IMG/VR virus record: IMGVR_UViG_3300047554_000685
Span: 1-64,000 of that record
Length of the DNA: 64,000 bases
Origin: a virus
Direction: 5' to 3' (one strand)
Both the position numbers and the translations under genes were made by a program. Positions 1 to 9,628 of this stretch are shown here, in pieces. Under the pieces are notes generated by a model, which worked only from the letters and a program-made list of their open reading frames with translations, had not been told where the DNA came from and did not search any database. Every line of letters starts with the position of its first letter. The stretch's first letter is position 1.

Positions 1-46
1 AGCGATAATTAGCCGACAGTGTCGGTTGTGTAGTTAAAGTCGCCAT
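1..46 (-). CDS. 5' end of next tail-region gene (truncated by window edge), MATLTTQPTLSANYR...
   Basis: ATG at 46 with upstream GAAAG and a TATAAT-like -10 at ~77-82; position after distal tail gene. Confidence 0.5.
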   Translation of the reverse strand, partial: MATLTTQPTLSANYR

Positions 47-85
47 TAATGTACTTTCGTATTTGTCCTTAGATAAATTATAACA

Positions 86-1066
86 CTAGCCAATCCAGCC
101 AGATCGGAAGGATACAGTACAAGTACCCCCCGAGGCCGTAAAAGTAATAGTGTTAGTTGCCTTAGAGCTCGGCTCGAGCCTGATCCAGTCACTAAGGGTG
201 GAGATATAGCTTCTTGCATTTACTACGGTGCTTCCAGTAACTAATACCACTTCCCTGTTTAAGGAGTCTATTTCTAGGGTAGATCCATTTGGGACAGCCG
301 TAACTAGCGTTATAGTCTCCGAAATATCAGTGACGCTAGAATCCGAGTAATTAATTGCGTTGACGACTGTTGCTCCAGCGTTGATTGGCCCCGCCAAAGC
401 TAGAACTGTTGGAACTTTGAATGTGCCGGAGTTTGTACACGTGGTATTTCCATTAGCCGAAATAGTTTTTTCTCTATAACCATCTACAATGGTCTCTCCT
501 GAGCCAGCCTGACTAGATGAATATAAATACTCATACTTAATAGGGTCAGCGGCTTTAAGCCCGATAGAGAAGTCGGTACGCCCCCTAGCCCTAGTAGTAG
601 CTATTTCTGGCCTACCGCTCAGTCGCACAAATGAAGTCTTAATCACTGGCGACTCTTTAACAACTAAATCCGCACCGTCATAAACTAGATCAATCGCATT
701 GAAAAGCTTTTGTCTAGCTGCTTCCACCTGAGACGGATCCTGAGTTAGGAACGATCCGGTTAGGGTAAGCAATCTGGCAGCATAACGACCCTTTGCATCG
801 TAAGATCCGTCGCCCCATCCTCGAGGCAGGTCCGGGATTTCTGGGTCAGGTAGGTTCCACCATCCTTGGATATCTGTGCACACCCAAATTACATCATTGT
901 CGTCGATAGTGTTTAAAGTAAGACTACCGAGGGATACATCAGCTTGAAGCTTTAATCCAGAGATATAAGGATTAGGTAAGTTAGATAGTGCCTTATTTAC
1001 TAACTTATTCTCGTCCGCTTGAGTAGCCGGATTTATGTTGGCACTGGAGTCATAGTATGTAGGCAT
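86..1066 (-). CDS. distal tail (Dit)-like / minor tail protein
   Basis: Immediately downstream of tape measure; 'LKAADPIKY' and C-terminal 'FRSGW' typical of siphovirus Dit proteins. Confidence 0.75.
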   Translation of the reverse strand: MPTYYDSSANINPATQADENKLVNKALSNLPNPYISGLKLQADVSLGSLTLNTIDDNDVIWVCTDIQGWWNLPDPEIPDLPRGWGDGSYDAKGRYAARLLTLTGSFLTQDPSQVEAARQKLFNAIDLVYDGADLVVKESPVIKTSFVRLSGRPEIATTRARGRTDFSIGLKAADPIKYEYLYSSSQAGSGETIVDGYREKTISANGNTTCTNSGTFKVPTVLALAGPINAGATVVNAINYSDSSVTDISETITLVTAVPNGSTLEIDSLNREVVLVTGSTVVNARSYISTLSDWIRLEPSSKATNTITFTASGGTCTVSFRSGWIG

Positions 1067-4000
1067 TAGTATCCACCCTTACGGATTTCAAAAGCGATTT
1101 GTCTCGAGACCTGAGCCGCTAGTTCTCTCTCATCCATCTTTGCTGACGGGTTTATTGTTACATGCACCGTAGGGGCCATGGATACAGACTTATTAGCGTT
1201 TATAGCTTCCAAAAGTGACCGGTTCTCGGCTGTAGCCCTAGCGTTAACTACAAATTCTCCGTTAGAGATGAGTGCAGGAATTGAGTCAGATCTACCAGTT
1301 CCGGGACCAGTAACTAGTCCGCCAGCCATAAAACGCTTTACTAGACCACCATTAGCGTATCCAACGTAACCACCATCTTTTCTGGTAGCCTTACCGTTGA
1401 TGTAGAACTGACTTCCGATATACCCAGTTAGAGGTGGCTTATTGGTTAGTGCATTCTTTGCACCGTCATATAGAGCATTAGCTGAAGTAGCTCCAACCGC
1501 ATTTAGTCGAGCGATCTCTTTCTCGTCATTTACACCGTCCACAAGGCTGGCTACCAACTGAGCACCAGCCTCCCCCATGTTAGTCACCTCAGCCAAGACA
1601 GCGTCATCAAGCTTGCCAGCAAGTCTTCCAATGTTGGTTTGCCAGTTTCTAGCGGCCGTAACTTGGGTCTCTAGGTCAGTGAGGTATTTATCCATACTGA
1701 AAGACTGACCATCCCAGTAGTCTTTCCAAGAGTCGGAAGCGTCATCGGTCTCGGCAGCTTGAGCCTTTGCCCATGCCATTACATCTTCTTTGTTTTGGTT
1801 CAAAGCACCTTGATAATCAACGAAACCTCTAGCAGCTTCAGCCAACTTATCTATGGCTGCTTGCTTTGCTTCGTTTGCTCTACGCTGAGCAATCTCTCCC
1901 TCACCGATAGCAAAGTTAGCAAGCTTTTGCATGTCAATATCGCCTTGGAGGGTTCTAATGTTGATGCCCAGCTGATCAGCCTGCTCGATTAGGGAGGTTT
2001 TATATTCATCCATCTCGTTAAGAGCTGTCTGCACCTCGGTGTTGCTGAAACCTACTTCCGAGGTAAACTTTTTAAACTGCGCCTGAGCTTTTGGAAGATC
2101 GTTTGTAGCCGTGTCAGCAAGAGCTCTGCCCATTGCTCCGAAGGAGTCTGCCATAGCCGTGGTGCTCGGTAGCGCATATGTCCAGTCTTTCTGAGCGGCG
2201 GCAAGTTGCTTCATCTTGCCCTTCATGTCATCAATACTGTCAATGGCTTCTTTATGCGGGCCATCCACCGTAGCTAAGGTTGCTTGGCCCCATAGTTCGG
2301 CGGCGGTTGCACCCTCTTTAAACCCTTGAGCAATACCCTTAGTTGCTTTCTCCATATTTGCGTTATGAATGGCATTGAAGGCGACAACAATTGCAGTAAT
2401 ACCTGCAACAACGGCTGCAATTGCAATACCTACTGGACCAAGGGCTAGGGTCATGGCTGTACCGCTAGCCGTAGCGGCCGGTACCAACTGAAGAAGACCT
2501 AGCCTGAGTAATAACGCTTGAGCATTAAGCCCTATCATTCCAGCGACGCTTGCAATCATTTTTAGCCCAAATCCAAACATAATTGCAGTTGTTTTAGTGA
2601 GTGCCACTCCAAGCAACGTAAATGCAGAGACGGCTGCAAATATAGGACCTACTGCATTAATCAAACCTTGGATAGATTTAAGTGCCTGAGCCACACCGCC
2701 GAGTGCGAAGTTAAGCACGTCAAAGAATGCTTTAACCTGTCCAGAGTCAGTAAATACTGCAATGATCTCTGTCATGGTCTTTAGGAAAGTAGCAAGAGCA
2801 GGGGCCGAGTCAATGGACCCCTTAATTATCTGCTGGAAAGCAAATGATCCGCTATCTAGAATCTCCCAAAACTCTTTAATTGCTGGGTTAGAACCAGCTT
2901 TAACAACCGTCTCTATTGCTCCGCCGATGGCACCAGCCATAGCCACAAAGTTGTCTGCCGCGCCTTTGAAATAGTTCTGGAGCCCTATAACATCCATGTT
3001 TTCAAAGCCTTGGGTAGTTTCTTCAAGCCAAGTCAGTATAGTGTCTCCACCACTGCCAGGCCCAAAGTTGGCTTGGATTATCTTCCCAAAGCCACCGAAG
3101 ATGTTTCCAAAGATAGTGCCAAAACGCGCTGCTAGATTGCCAGCTTGGTTAAAGAATCTTTCTAATTCTCCACTTGCTTGCTTAGAATCTAGAAAGTTTC
3201 TAAATGCATTTGACTTCTTCTCTAGGAATCCAATAAATCTCTTAGTTAGCGGATCCGCTGCTTCTAGGATTGATAGGAAGCTGCTAAAAACATTCCCTAG
3301 GGTTGAACCCAAGGACGGTAGATTTTCTGCAATATCGTCTAGGACCTGTTTGAAATCTACAAGATTATCACCAGATAGGAATATGTCTGTGAAATTCTCT
3401 ACGGCCTTGCCCGCAGCCTTACCTAGCTTTTTAAACTTCTCTTCCAATATTTCTGGAAGTTTTGCAGCAATAAGCTTTTCCATCTGCTTACGCAGGATAG
3501 GCAAAAATCCACTAGCCGCGGCCTCTCGGAGGTCGTCCATGATGGGCTTCAAACTAGCAAGATACTTCGCGAACGCCTTCTGAGACGGGGTTAGACCGGC
3601 GTAAGGGTCTGCACCGCCACCTTCTTTACCAGCATTCTTCTCGGCATCCTTAGCCTTACGAAGAGCTAACTCTGCTTTCTTAACATTTAGATCAGCTTCT
3701 CGCCTAGCTCTGCTATTGGCGGGAAGATCTGCAACTCGGTTTCTAGCTTCTATTGCTTTTTCTAGTGCTATAGAAGCCTCGTCTATATTAAGCGCTGCTT
3801 CTTCAGCATCAAAGGCAAGCTCTCTTAATGACTTACCTAGCCCACCGTTTGCTTTAGTTGCAGCAGACGCGGCTTGTCCTACACCCTTTAGAGCAAATCC
3901 GGCAATACTCATACCGACTTTAGCGGTAATTCCAGCTGCTCCAACAGCAACTAATGCAGAGGCGGCTCCACCAGCCACTCCAATAAGAGCACCTAAGCCG

Positions 4001-4314
4001 CCAACCAAAGCACCGATGCTACCAACAATCGCACCGAAACCAGCCTGAACAAAATAACCTTTTCTCGCCAGTGAAGTGAATGCATTTGCAAGGTCAACGC
4101 TTTGACCCAGAGTTTCCTTGAATTGAGTAGAAAAACTCTTCGGCAAGCTTATTCTAGTTAAACCTCTACCGATACCGTCGGCTAGGTTGTTTCCAATGTC
4201 CCTACCAGCTCGATTAGCAGAAGCAGCTGACCCGCTGAAACCCTTTCGGATATCAGCGTCAACTTTGTCTGTCAGAGCGCGTACAACAACATACGCGTGA
4301 CCTACAACAGCCAT
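1066..4314 (-). CDS. tape measure protein
   Basis: 1082 aa, Ala/Gly-rich helical with hydrophobic stretches; N-term 'VGHAYVVVRA'; C-term 'GPGTGRSDSIPALISNGEFVVNARAT'; follows chaperone pair. Confidence 0.93.
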   Translation of the reverse strand: MAVVGHAYVVVRALTDKVDADIRKGFSGSAASANRAGRDIGNNLADGIGRGLTRISLPKSFSTQFKETLGQSVDLANAFTSLARKGYFVQAGFGAIVGSIGALVGGLGALIGVAGGAASALVAVGAAGITAKVGMSIAGFALKGVGQAASAATKANGGLGKSLRELAFDAEEAALNIDEASIALEKAIEARNRVADLPANSRARREADLNVKKAELALRKAKDAEKNAGKEGGGADPYAGLTPSQKAFAKYLASLKPIMDDLREAAASGFLPILRKQMEKLIAAKLPEILEEKFKKLGKAAGKAVENFTDIFLSGDNLVDFKQVLDDIAENLPSLGSTLGNVFSSFLSILEAADPLTKRFIGFLEKKSNAFRNFLDSKQASGELERFFNQAGNLAARFGTIFGNIFGGFGKIIQANFGPGSGGDTILTWLEETTQGFENMDVIGLQNYFKGAADNFVAMAGAIGGAIETVVKAGSNPAIKEFWEILDSGSFAFQQIIKGSIDSAPALATFLKTMTEIIAVFTDSGQVKAFFDVLNFALGGVAQALKSIQGLINAVGPIFAAVSAFTLLGVALTKTTAIMFGFGLKMIASVAGMIGLNAQALLLRLGLLQLVPAATASGTAMTLALGPVGIAIAAVVAGITAIVVAFNAIHNANMEKATKGIAQGFKEGATAAELWGQATLATVDGPHKEAIDSIDDMKGKMKQLAAAQKDWTYALPSTTAMADSFGAMGRALADTATNDLPKAQAQFKKFTSEVGFSNTEVQTALNEMDEYKTSLIEQADQLGINIRTLQGDIDMQKLANFAIGEGEIAQRRANEAKQAAIDKLAEAARGFVDYQGALNQNKEDVMAWAKAQAAETDDASDSWKDYWDGQSFSMDKYLTDLETQVTAARNWQTNIGRLAGKLDDAVLAEVTNMGEAGAQLVASLVDGVNDEKEIARLNAVGATSANALYDGAKNALTNKPPLTGYIGSQFYINGKATRKDGGYVGYANGGLVKRFMAGGLVTGPGTGRSDSIPALISNGEFVVNARATAENRSLLEAINANKSVSMAPTVHVTINPSAKMDERELAAQVSRQIAFEIRKGGY

Positions 4315-4343
4315 GTCAGCACCTTCTAACTAAATACTAATCA

Positions 4344-4711
4344 CTAACCAAGAGGGGCATCTAGTGTGCTACCAAATGGATTAGAACTTTCGGGATTGAA
4401 CTCGGTTGGTGGAACATAGGGCTTTACTCCACCTTCTATCTCAGACATGTCCGAGCTAGCACGGTCCTTTATTGCGTACATATACTTCTTCTCGTATAGG
4501 GACTCGTAGATTCTCTCCCTGAACCCACTGTGCATTAGTGCGGACTCATACGATCCATATCGCATGTCTTCGTCAAAGAAATAGTGAATGACATCAACCA
4601 TATCGGCTGAATCCATTTCTAGTAGATCTACTTTATTCACTATTGCTTTTCCGTTTACTTGTGGCCAGAGGTCTATAGCCCACTCAACTAGGCCTCTGGC
4701 TGCTCTTCCGG
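4344..4711 (-). CDS. tail assembly chaperone, -1 frameshift extension (gpGT-like)
   Basis: Open frame is -1 relative to 4688..5023, overlaps its 3' end, lies just before TMP; no obvious own start. Confidence 0.7.
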
Positions 4712-5023
4712 GCGATCTGAGTACTGCTCGATTAGCCAACCAACAATCTCAGAGAGGGTTTCGACGTGAACAAACTTTTCCTTGTCGTGTACAAGCTTGT
4801 CAAAACGCTTAAAGCTTTCGTCAGTCAGGATGTTCTCAAAGAACTCTGACATAACACGGGCTGATTCAGAAGGGTCTTCGCTAGTGGACTTTGCAACAAT
4901 GTCAAGAAGAACTTTTCCCTGAATGTTAGTAACACAGTTAAACTCTTCTTCGTAGAGCTTGAACGATACAGGCTCGCGCTCGGCCTGCTGCTTTCCTGAA
5001 CCAAAATCTTTGAATCTAGGCAT
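4688..5023 (-). CDS. tail assembly chaperone (gpG-like)
   Basis: 111 aa upstream of TMP; ends ...YSDRPEEQPEA with candidate slip site CGC CCG GAA. Confidence 0.75.
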   Translation of the reverse strand: MPRFKDFGSGKQQAEREPVSFKLYEEEFNCVTNIQGKVLLDIVAKSTSEDPSESARVMSEFFENILTDESFKRFDKLVHDKEKFVHVETLSEIVGWLIEQYSDRPEEQPEA

Positions 5024-5090
5024 CTTTTATCTTTCTTTAGGTAGTTTAGAAACGAGGCTCATATTTATATATAAGCCCCTATATATTTTA

Positions 5091-5603
5091 CTACCTAATG
5101 TGACGTCTAAGTTGATCACTTAGATATCTATTAGGCCTTGTTCCCGGGTGTTTAACCATCGCGGTTCTTATGATCCTAGATCCACTAGAAAATTGAAGAA
5201 CTTTATTAGGCGGATTCGGGGTGATTATGTGGGGGTTGGTTCCTTCATGGTGTGCCAAGGCATAGTGAAGATTTGAACCGATTTTTATAGTCTGGCCATT
5301 TCCATGTCCAAAGTGCTCCATTTGGATACTCTTTTTAAGGGCACCAGTTTTAAAACCCGCTTGAGCCTTAGCATCCCTTTTAATGTCCAAGCCTATGCGG
5401 TGCATGTGCCTACCCACCATGCCCATAGGGTTATTGAGCTCAAAGTTCAATATTGGTTTGTAGATAACTACTTTGCTAAAAGAATACTTGAGGTCTATTT
5501 TGGCTATGTAAGTGCTTTTACTTCGCTTACTGCCTTTTACCTTTAGACCTTTACCAGCCCAGTAAAGAATTGGGCTGTCGTGTACTAAACCCCAAGCTGG
5601 CAT
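5091..5603 (-). CDS. neck / tail-completion protein (HK97 gp10-like)
   Basis: 'KTGALKKSI', 'YALAHHEGTNPHII', 'VKHPGTRPNRYL' motifs. Confidence 0.75.
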   Translation of the reverse strand: MPAWGLVHDSPILYWAGKGLKVKGSKRSKSTYIAKIDLKYSFSKVVIYKPILNFELNNPMGMVGRHMHRIGLDIKRDAKAQAGFKTGALKKSIQMEHFGHGNGQTIKIGSNLHYALAHHEGTNPHIITPNPPNKVLQFSSGSRIIRTAMVKHPGTRPNRYLSDQLRRHIR

Positions 5604-5604
5604 T

Positions 5605-6114
5605 TTACGGGACCGCCATAGTTATGGTCATTGTGGTTGTTTGAAAACCACCCTCTGGAGAACCTACGTCCAAGGTGGCAATGACTCCAACACCGTAGCC
5701 AGTTTCATCCCACATATCTAATAGGTTTAGAGATTGCATCAGAACCCATGAGTCAATGGCTAAGGTTTCCGATGCATGTTGAATTTTGTCTGGGGCAGGC
5801 GGTCTACCATTTTGACCAACAATTGGAGTAGCCCTAGAAATCATAATGTTTAGAGTTGCGCTCCTAGGAACATGGCACCTTTGCGGATCACCAACCTGAG
5901 CACCAGGTGCACCTAGATACATCTGGGCGAAGGAAACAACCAGCTGCTCACAGTCGATCGCTGGTTGCCCCATCGTCCAATACTTCCTTTGAGGAAGCTC
6001 TACGTTGTAGGACTGAAAAATAGACTGGACGCGCTCAAGTACACCTTCCATCATGTCGCGGAGGTTTGTTGCATCCTCGGCCACACCAGTAAAGTCAATA
6101 GCGGTCGTCGTCAT
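5605..6114 (-). CDS. probable tail terminator
   Basis: Size and synteny between adaptor and gp10-like gene; 'DCEQLVV...PEGG' pattern. Confidence 0.55.
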   Translation of the reverse strand: MTTTAIDFTGVAEDATNLRDMMEGVLERVQSIFQSYNVELPQRKYWTMGQPAIDCEQLVVSFAQMYLGAPGAQVGDPQRCHVPRSATLNIMISRATPIVGQNGRPPAPDKIQHASETLAIDSWVLMQSLNLLDMWDETGYGVGVIATLDVGSPEGGFQTTTMTITMAVP

Positions 6115-6116
6115 TT

Positions 6117-6302
6117 TTACTCCTCTACAACGTCAACAGAAGATTCTGCCTCAGCTACAACCTCTACTACTGGAGCCTCCACTACTGGTGCTTCTACCTT
6201 AGGAGCTGGCTTAGGAGCCACCTTCTTAGCAGGAGCAGCCTTAGGTGCAGGCTTAGCAGTACCAAGCATGTCCTGAGCACGGAAATTAGTCTGAATTGAC
6301 AT
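6117..6302 (-). CDS. small low-complexity protein (basic PAK N-part, acidic VE C-part)
   Basis: ORF with AGAGGT RBS in structural operon. Confidence 0.6.
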   Translation of the reverse strand: MSIQTNFRAQDMLGTAKPAPKAAPAKKVAPKPAPKVEAPVVEAPVVEVVAEAESSVDVVEE

Positions 6303-6313
6303 ATTTACCTCTC

Positions 6314-7417
6314 TTAGCTATACATCTTGATCTGGAGGTTTCCAGAAGCAAGCTCTACTAGGTTCTCTACACCATTAATGGTCTTTGTGGCATAGAGAGT
6401 CCAATAACCAGGGTCAATCATTCCGAGCGCAGTGTTTGCTTTAGCGTAAGGAACGGTGAAACTTAAAACAGTGTTGTTAGATGACAATGTGATGTCAGAG
6501 CTATCTAGGTTAGTGGAACGAATGCCACTGTAACTATTGATCTGAACTAGAGGTTCCCAATCTTCTTCAAAGTTGCTTAGATCAACGTCGAGACCGGTAG
6601 ATGTCCAGCTTGCAGAAGCGCCCTTAATTAGTGAGAGATCAAAGTCAGCGTCAGCAGTAAGTACAAGTGCCTTAGGCGAGTAGCGTCGAGCACGAGGCTG
6701 GTCCGGGCTAAACACCTTTGACTTCCGACGAGCATTGTCAGGGTTAGTAGTCTTCAGGAAAAGGTCAATGACGTAGAGTCCTGTACGAAGTTCTTCAATG
6801 AACTCTTGGTTGTCAAGAATGGTGTAAGAGACGCCTTGACGTGAAACAGAGGTTACACGCTGAGGAAGCTGGCAAGTCTCGTCGTCAGACCAAAGCTTGA
6901 TGAACTCAATTGCAAGAGTTCTAGCTGCCATCTTACCAACGGCAGGGATTGAAGTTCCATAAGAATAAGTAACCTCGGTATTACATGGAGTCCAAGGAGT
7001 TCCAGCTTTGACGTGAATCGTAGAGTGGTCTACAAGGTAGTAGTTAGATGGGTCAATTATGTCACCAAGTCGGTTACGAATGGCGTGAATCTTAGTTACT
7101 GGACGCCCGCGTAGACGGATACGCGAGTCTGGTGACATGCCGTCAGAGGTCAGCTCTGAGTATTCGTCATAGTCGCCAGAAGGGATGTTATAGACATCTC
7201 CACCAAATAGAACTGGAGAGTTGGTCTTAGTTGAAGGGCCGAGTCGGTTGTTGCGTAGAGTACAGGTGTAGCGCTCAGTTACAGTGGTCTCGCCAGTGTA
7301 CTTACGGCCTGACATTGCCCAGAGAAGGTATGACGCAGTGCGAACAGCTTCTTCGGTGAACTCTGTATATGAGTAGTCACCAAGCTCCTCCGGCTGGATC
7401 CAAAAGTTATTTGTCAT
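6314..7417 (-). CDS. head-to-tail adaptor with C-terminal extension
   Basis: 'LWAMSGRKY' and 'CQLPQRVTSVSRQGVSY...RTGLYVIDLFL' match actinophage adaptor family. Confidence 0.8.
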   Translation of the reverse strand: MTNNFWIQPEELGDYSYTEFTEEAVRTASYLLWAMSGRKYTGETTVTERYTCTLRNNRLGPSTKTNSPVLFGGDVYNIPSGDYDEYSELTSDGMSPDSRIRLRGRPVTKIHAIRNRLGDIIDPSNYYLVDHSTIHVKAGTPWTPCNTEVTYSYGTSIPAVGKMAARTLAIEFIKLWSDDETCQLPQRVTSVSRQGVSYTILDNQEFIEELRTGLYVIDLFLKTTNPDNARRKSKVFSPDQPRARRYSPKALVLTADADFDLSLIKGASASWTSTGLDVDLSNFEEDWEPLVQINSYSGIRSTNLDSSDITLSSNNTVLSFTVPYAKANTALGMIDPGYWTLYATKTINGVENLVELASGNLQIKMYS

Positions 7418-7440
7418 ATATAAACCTCTCTTATAAGTTT

Positions 7441-7484
7441 AACGGGTGGCGCACTAGTTTATTAGACCAGTCCGCCACCCGTTT
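7441..7484 (-). terminator. hairpin downstream of major tail gene
   Basis: AACGGGTGGCG...CGCCACCCGTT inverted repeat. Confidence 0.6.
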
Positions 7485-7497
7485 TACTTAGTGGTTA

Positions 7498-8643
7498 CTA
7501 CTCTGACTCGTTCGAAACGATAATGTTGTCGATGTCGTTGTCAGCGTTGTAGTTGATGTTTCCAGGTACGTTGTAGCTGGTGTCATCAGCGGTAGCGCCC
7601 AGCTGTGCGGTAGTTACAGCGGTAGGTGCTGGGTGAGTTTCGCTAGCTGAGTTAGTTACAGTTACACGAGCACCAGCAGATACGTCGAAGCTGGTGATGG
7701 CATCAGTTACGCCAGCGCTTACATAGCTAACAGTGTAGGTTCCGCCAGTACCAGTTGCACCCACAGAAGCAGATACAGTGTAGGTGCCGTTAAACGCTGC
7801 GCCAACATTCTGTACATAAATCTGGTCATTAGCCGAGATACCGTGAGCCGCGCTGAAGGTAAGGGTTGCAGTACCAGTCGAGCTAGCGTAAGTAGCTGCG
7901 GCGCTTTCGATGTTGATTGCAGTAGGTGACTTAGCGTTTGGTGCGGTAAATACAACTGGGCCAGTTCCGTCAGTCCAAGTGTAGAAACCGTTTAGACCAG
8001 TTGGAGCCCAGTCGGTGCGTGCATAAGCGTATGGACGCTCTGCAGCAACCGGGAACTCCCAGCGGCCATCAATACCAGACTGGAATGCCGAGTTACCAAG
8101 ACCGTAGCCCTCGAAGGTGTTAGCTAGTAGACCGTTTTCAATAACACGGTCACCAGACTGGCGCATCTTCACGAATGGGAATACCCAGTGGAAGTAAGGA
8201 AGAACGCCTGCACGCTTTCCGTCCTTCACGGCGTGTGACCAAGCCTCGATGGCAACACCGTTACCAGCAGGGTCATCGCCTACACCAGGAGCTGCCCAAC
8301 CGACAGACTTTAGGTTAGGGTCTTCAGAAGATCCAATGTTCTTGCGAAGCAGTAGACCACCAGACAATAGAGCCGATAGCTCTGGGTCTGGCTCGCAGAT
8401 AGCGAGCTCCATGGTGATACGCTTTAGTGTGTCTGGTGCCTTGTAGGTTACACATACAACACCGTTTGCACCCTTTTCAGTGATCTCGTCGCCCTCTTCA
8501 TATTCTGGGGTAAACGAGATACGCATGAATGCAGAGGTGGTATAGCTGTCGCCTGGACCAGTCATCAAGTTTCCAGCAGAATCCAGACGGGTGACGCGAA
8601 TAGACACACCCTGGATGCTAGCTGCATATTCTTGAGTAGCCAT
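7498..8643 (-). CDS. major tail protein with C-terminal accessory beta domain
   Basis: 'IRVTRLD', 'EEGDEITEKGANG..C', 'ICEPDPEL' typical of actinophage tail tube proteins; Thr/Ala-rich C-term extension. Confidence 0.85.
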   Translation of the reverse strand: MATQEYAASIQGVSIRVTRLDSAGNLMTGPGDSYTTSAFMRISFTPEYEEGDEITEKGANGVVCVTYKAPDTLKRITMELAICEPDPELSALLSGGLLLRKNIGSSEDPNLKSVGWAAPGVGDDPAGNGVAIEAWSHAVKDGKRAGVLPYFHWVFPFVKMRQSGDRVIENGLLANTFEGYGLGNSAFQSGIDGRWEFPVAAERPYAYARTDWAPTGLNGFYTWTDGTGPVVFTAPNAKSPTAINIESAAATYASSTGTATLTFSAAHGISANDQIYVQNVGAAFNGTYTVSASVGATGTGGTYTVSYVSAGVTDAITSFDVSAGARVTVTNSASETHPAPTAVTTAQLGATADDTSYNVPGNINYNADNDIDNIIVSNESE

Positions 8644-8662
8644 TTAGCTATTCTCCTTAGGT

Positions 8663-9538
8663 TTAGGCTGTTAGATCGACTCGAACAGCGAGGTGGATTG
8701 ATGTATCAAAGTAAGCCGCAGCTGGGCGGATTGCTTTGAGACGCATGTCATTCGCATTACCCGACACGTCGTAAGCTTGGCTTAGATTGTCGTTCACGAC
8801 ATCAACATCGCCAACATAGGTTTTGACGGTGCCGGTGGCGTAAATCCATTTGTTGGTGGCTGATGCAGTAGCACCAGTAGCACCGTCTGGTCCAGTACCC
8901 GAGTAACCTGAACCAACAATAACCGGGGTTCCACCGAGGGTCTGAAGGTGTTCCTTGCCAGCCTCGTGGAAAAGCATATTTGAGTTGCTAGCAAGAAGAG
9001 CTGCAACATCGCGAGTCATGTGGATAATGCCTTGCTCACCGCCATCCGAAGCCAGACCAATTTCATGCTCTAGAAGAGCAAGTGCACGGCGTGGCGATAG
9101 AGCAGTACCGCCGTTAATAATAGTTGCAGAAGCAGAGGAGAGGGCTACGTTTGAGTGAGACTCTCCCTTACGAACCGCGCCGTCCCAAAGCTCGACTTCC
9201 ATGGCATGCTGAGTTACACCCTCAAGCTGGCGCTTTAGGCGCTCGATACGGTCAAGACCACTAAAACCTAGGGTAGAGCGAAGCTCTTCAGCCTCGATGA
9301 ACCAAGGCTTAATTTCTGTGTAATAAGTTGGAGTTCCGGCAGCTACTACTTCGCCATCCGTAGAGTCGGTGTCGTCCCAGTTAGTCGCTGAATAAAGAGT
9401 TGTTTCCCATTCCTGAGAAAATCCACGGACCCACTGGTCTTCGTTAGGACCATTTTCTGGCTTGACTACGGCGAGTAGGCCAAAAGCCGATGGCACAATC
9501 TTCGGTGCTGATACAACACCAGTCTTTGTGAAAGCCAT
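8663..9538 (-). CDS. minor capsid / capsid-associated structural protein
   Basis: Directly after MCP; 'GTPVIVGSGY', 'WIYATG' motifs seen in this head module. Confidence 0.6.
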   Translation of the reverse strand: MAFTKTGVVSAPKIVPSAFGLLAVVKPENGPNEDQWVRGFSQEWETTLYSATNWDDTDSTDGEVVAAGTPTYYTEIKPWFIEAEELRSTLGFSGLDRIERLKRQLEGVTQHAMEVELWDGAVRKGESHSNVALSSASATIINGGTALSPRRALALLEHEIGLASDGGEQGIIHMTRDVAALLASNSNMLFHEAGKEHLQTLGGTPVIVGSGYSGTGPDGATGATASATNKWIYATGTVKTYVGDVDVVNDNLSQAYDVSGNANDMRLKAIRPAAAYFDTSIHLAVRVDLTA

Positions 9539-9573
9539 TTAAAATCCTCTAAATAAAGTCTATATTTTTACTC

Positions 9574-9606
9574 GTATTGGGAGGGCCCCGAAGGACCCTC
9601 CCTCAA
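9574..9606 (-). terminator. intrinsic terminator-like hairpin after major capsid gene
   Basis: GGGAGGG...CCCTCCC inverted repeat. Confidence 0.55.
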
Positions 9607-9628
9607 CGATAACTGCGTTAGCGAACTA

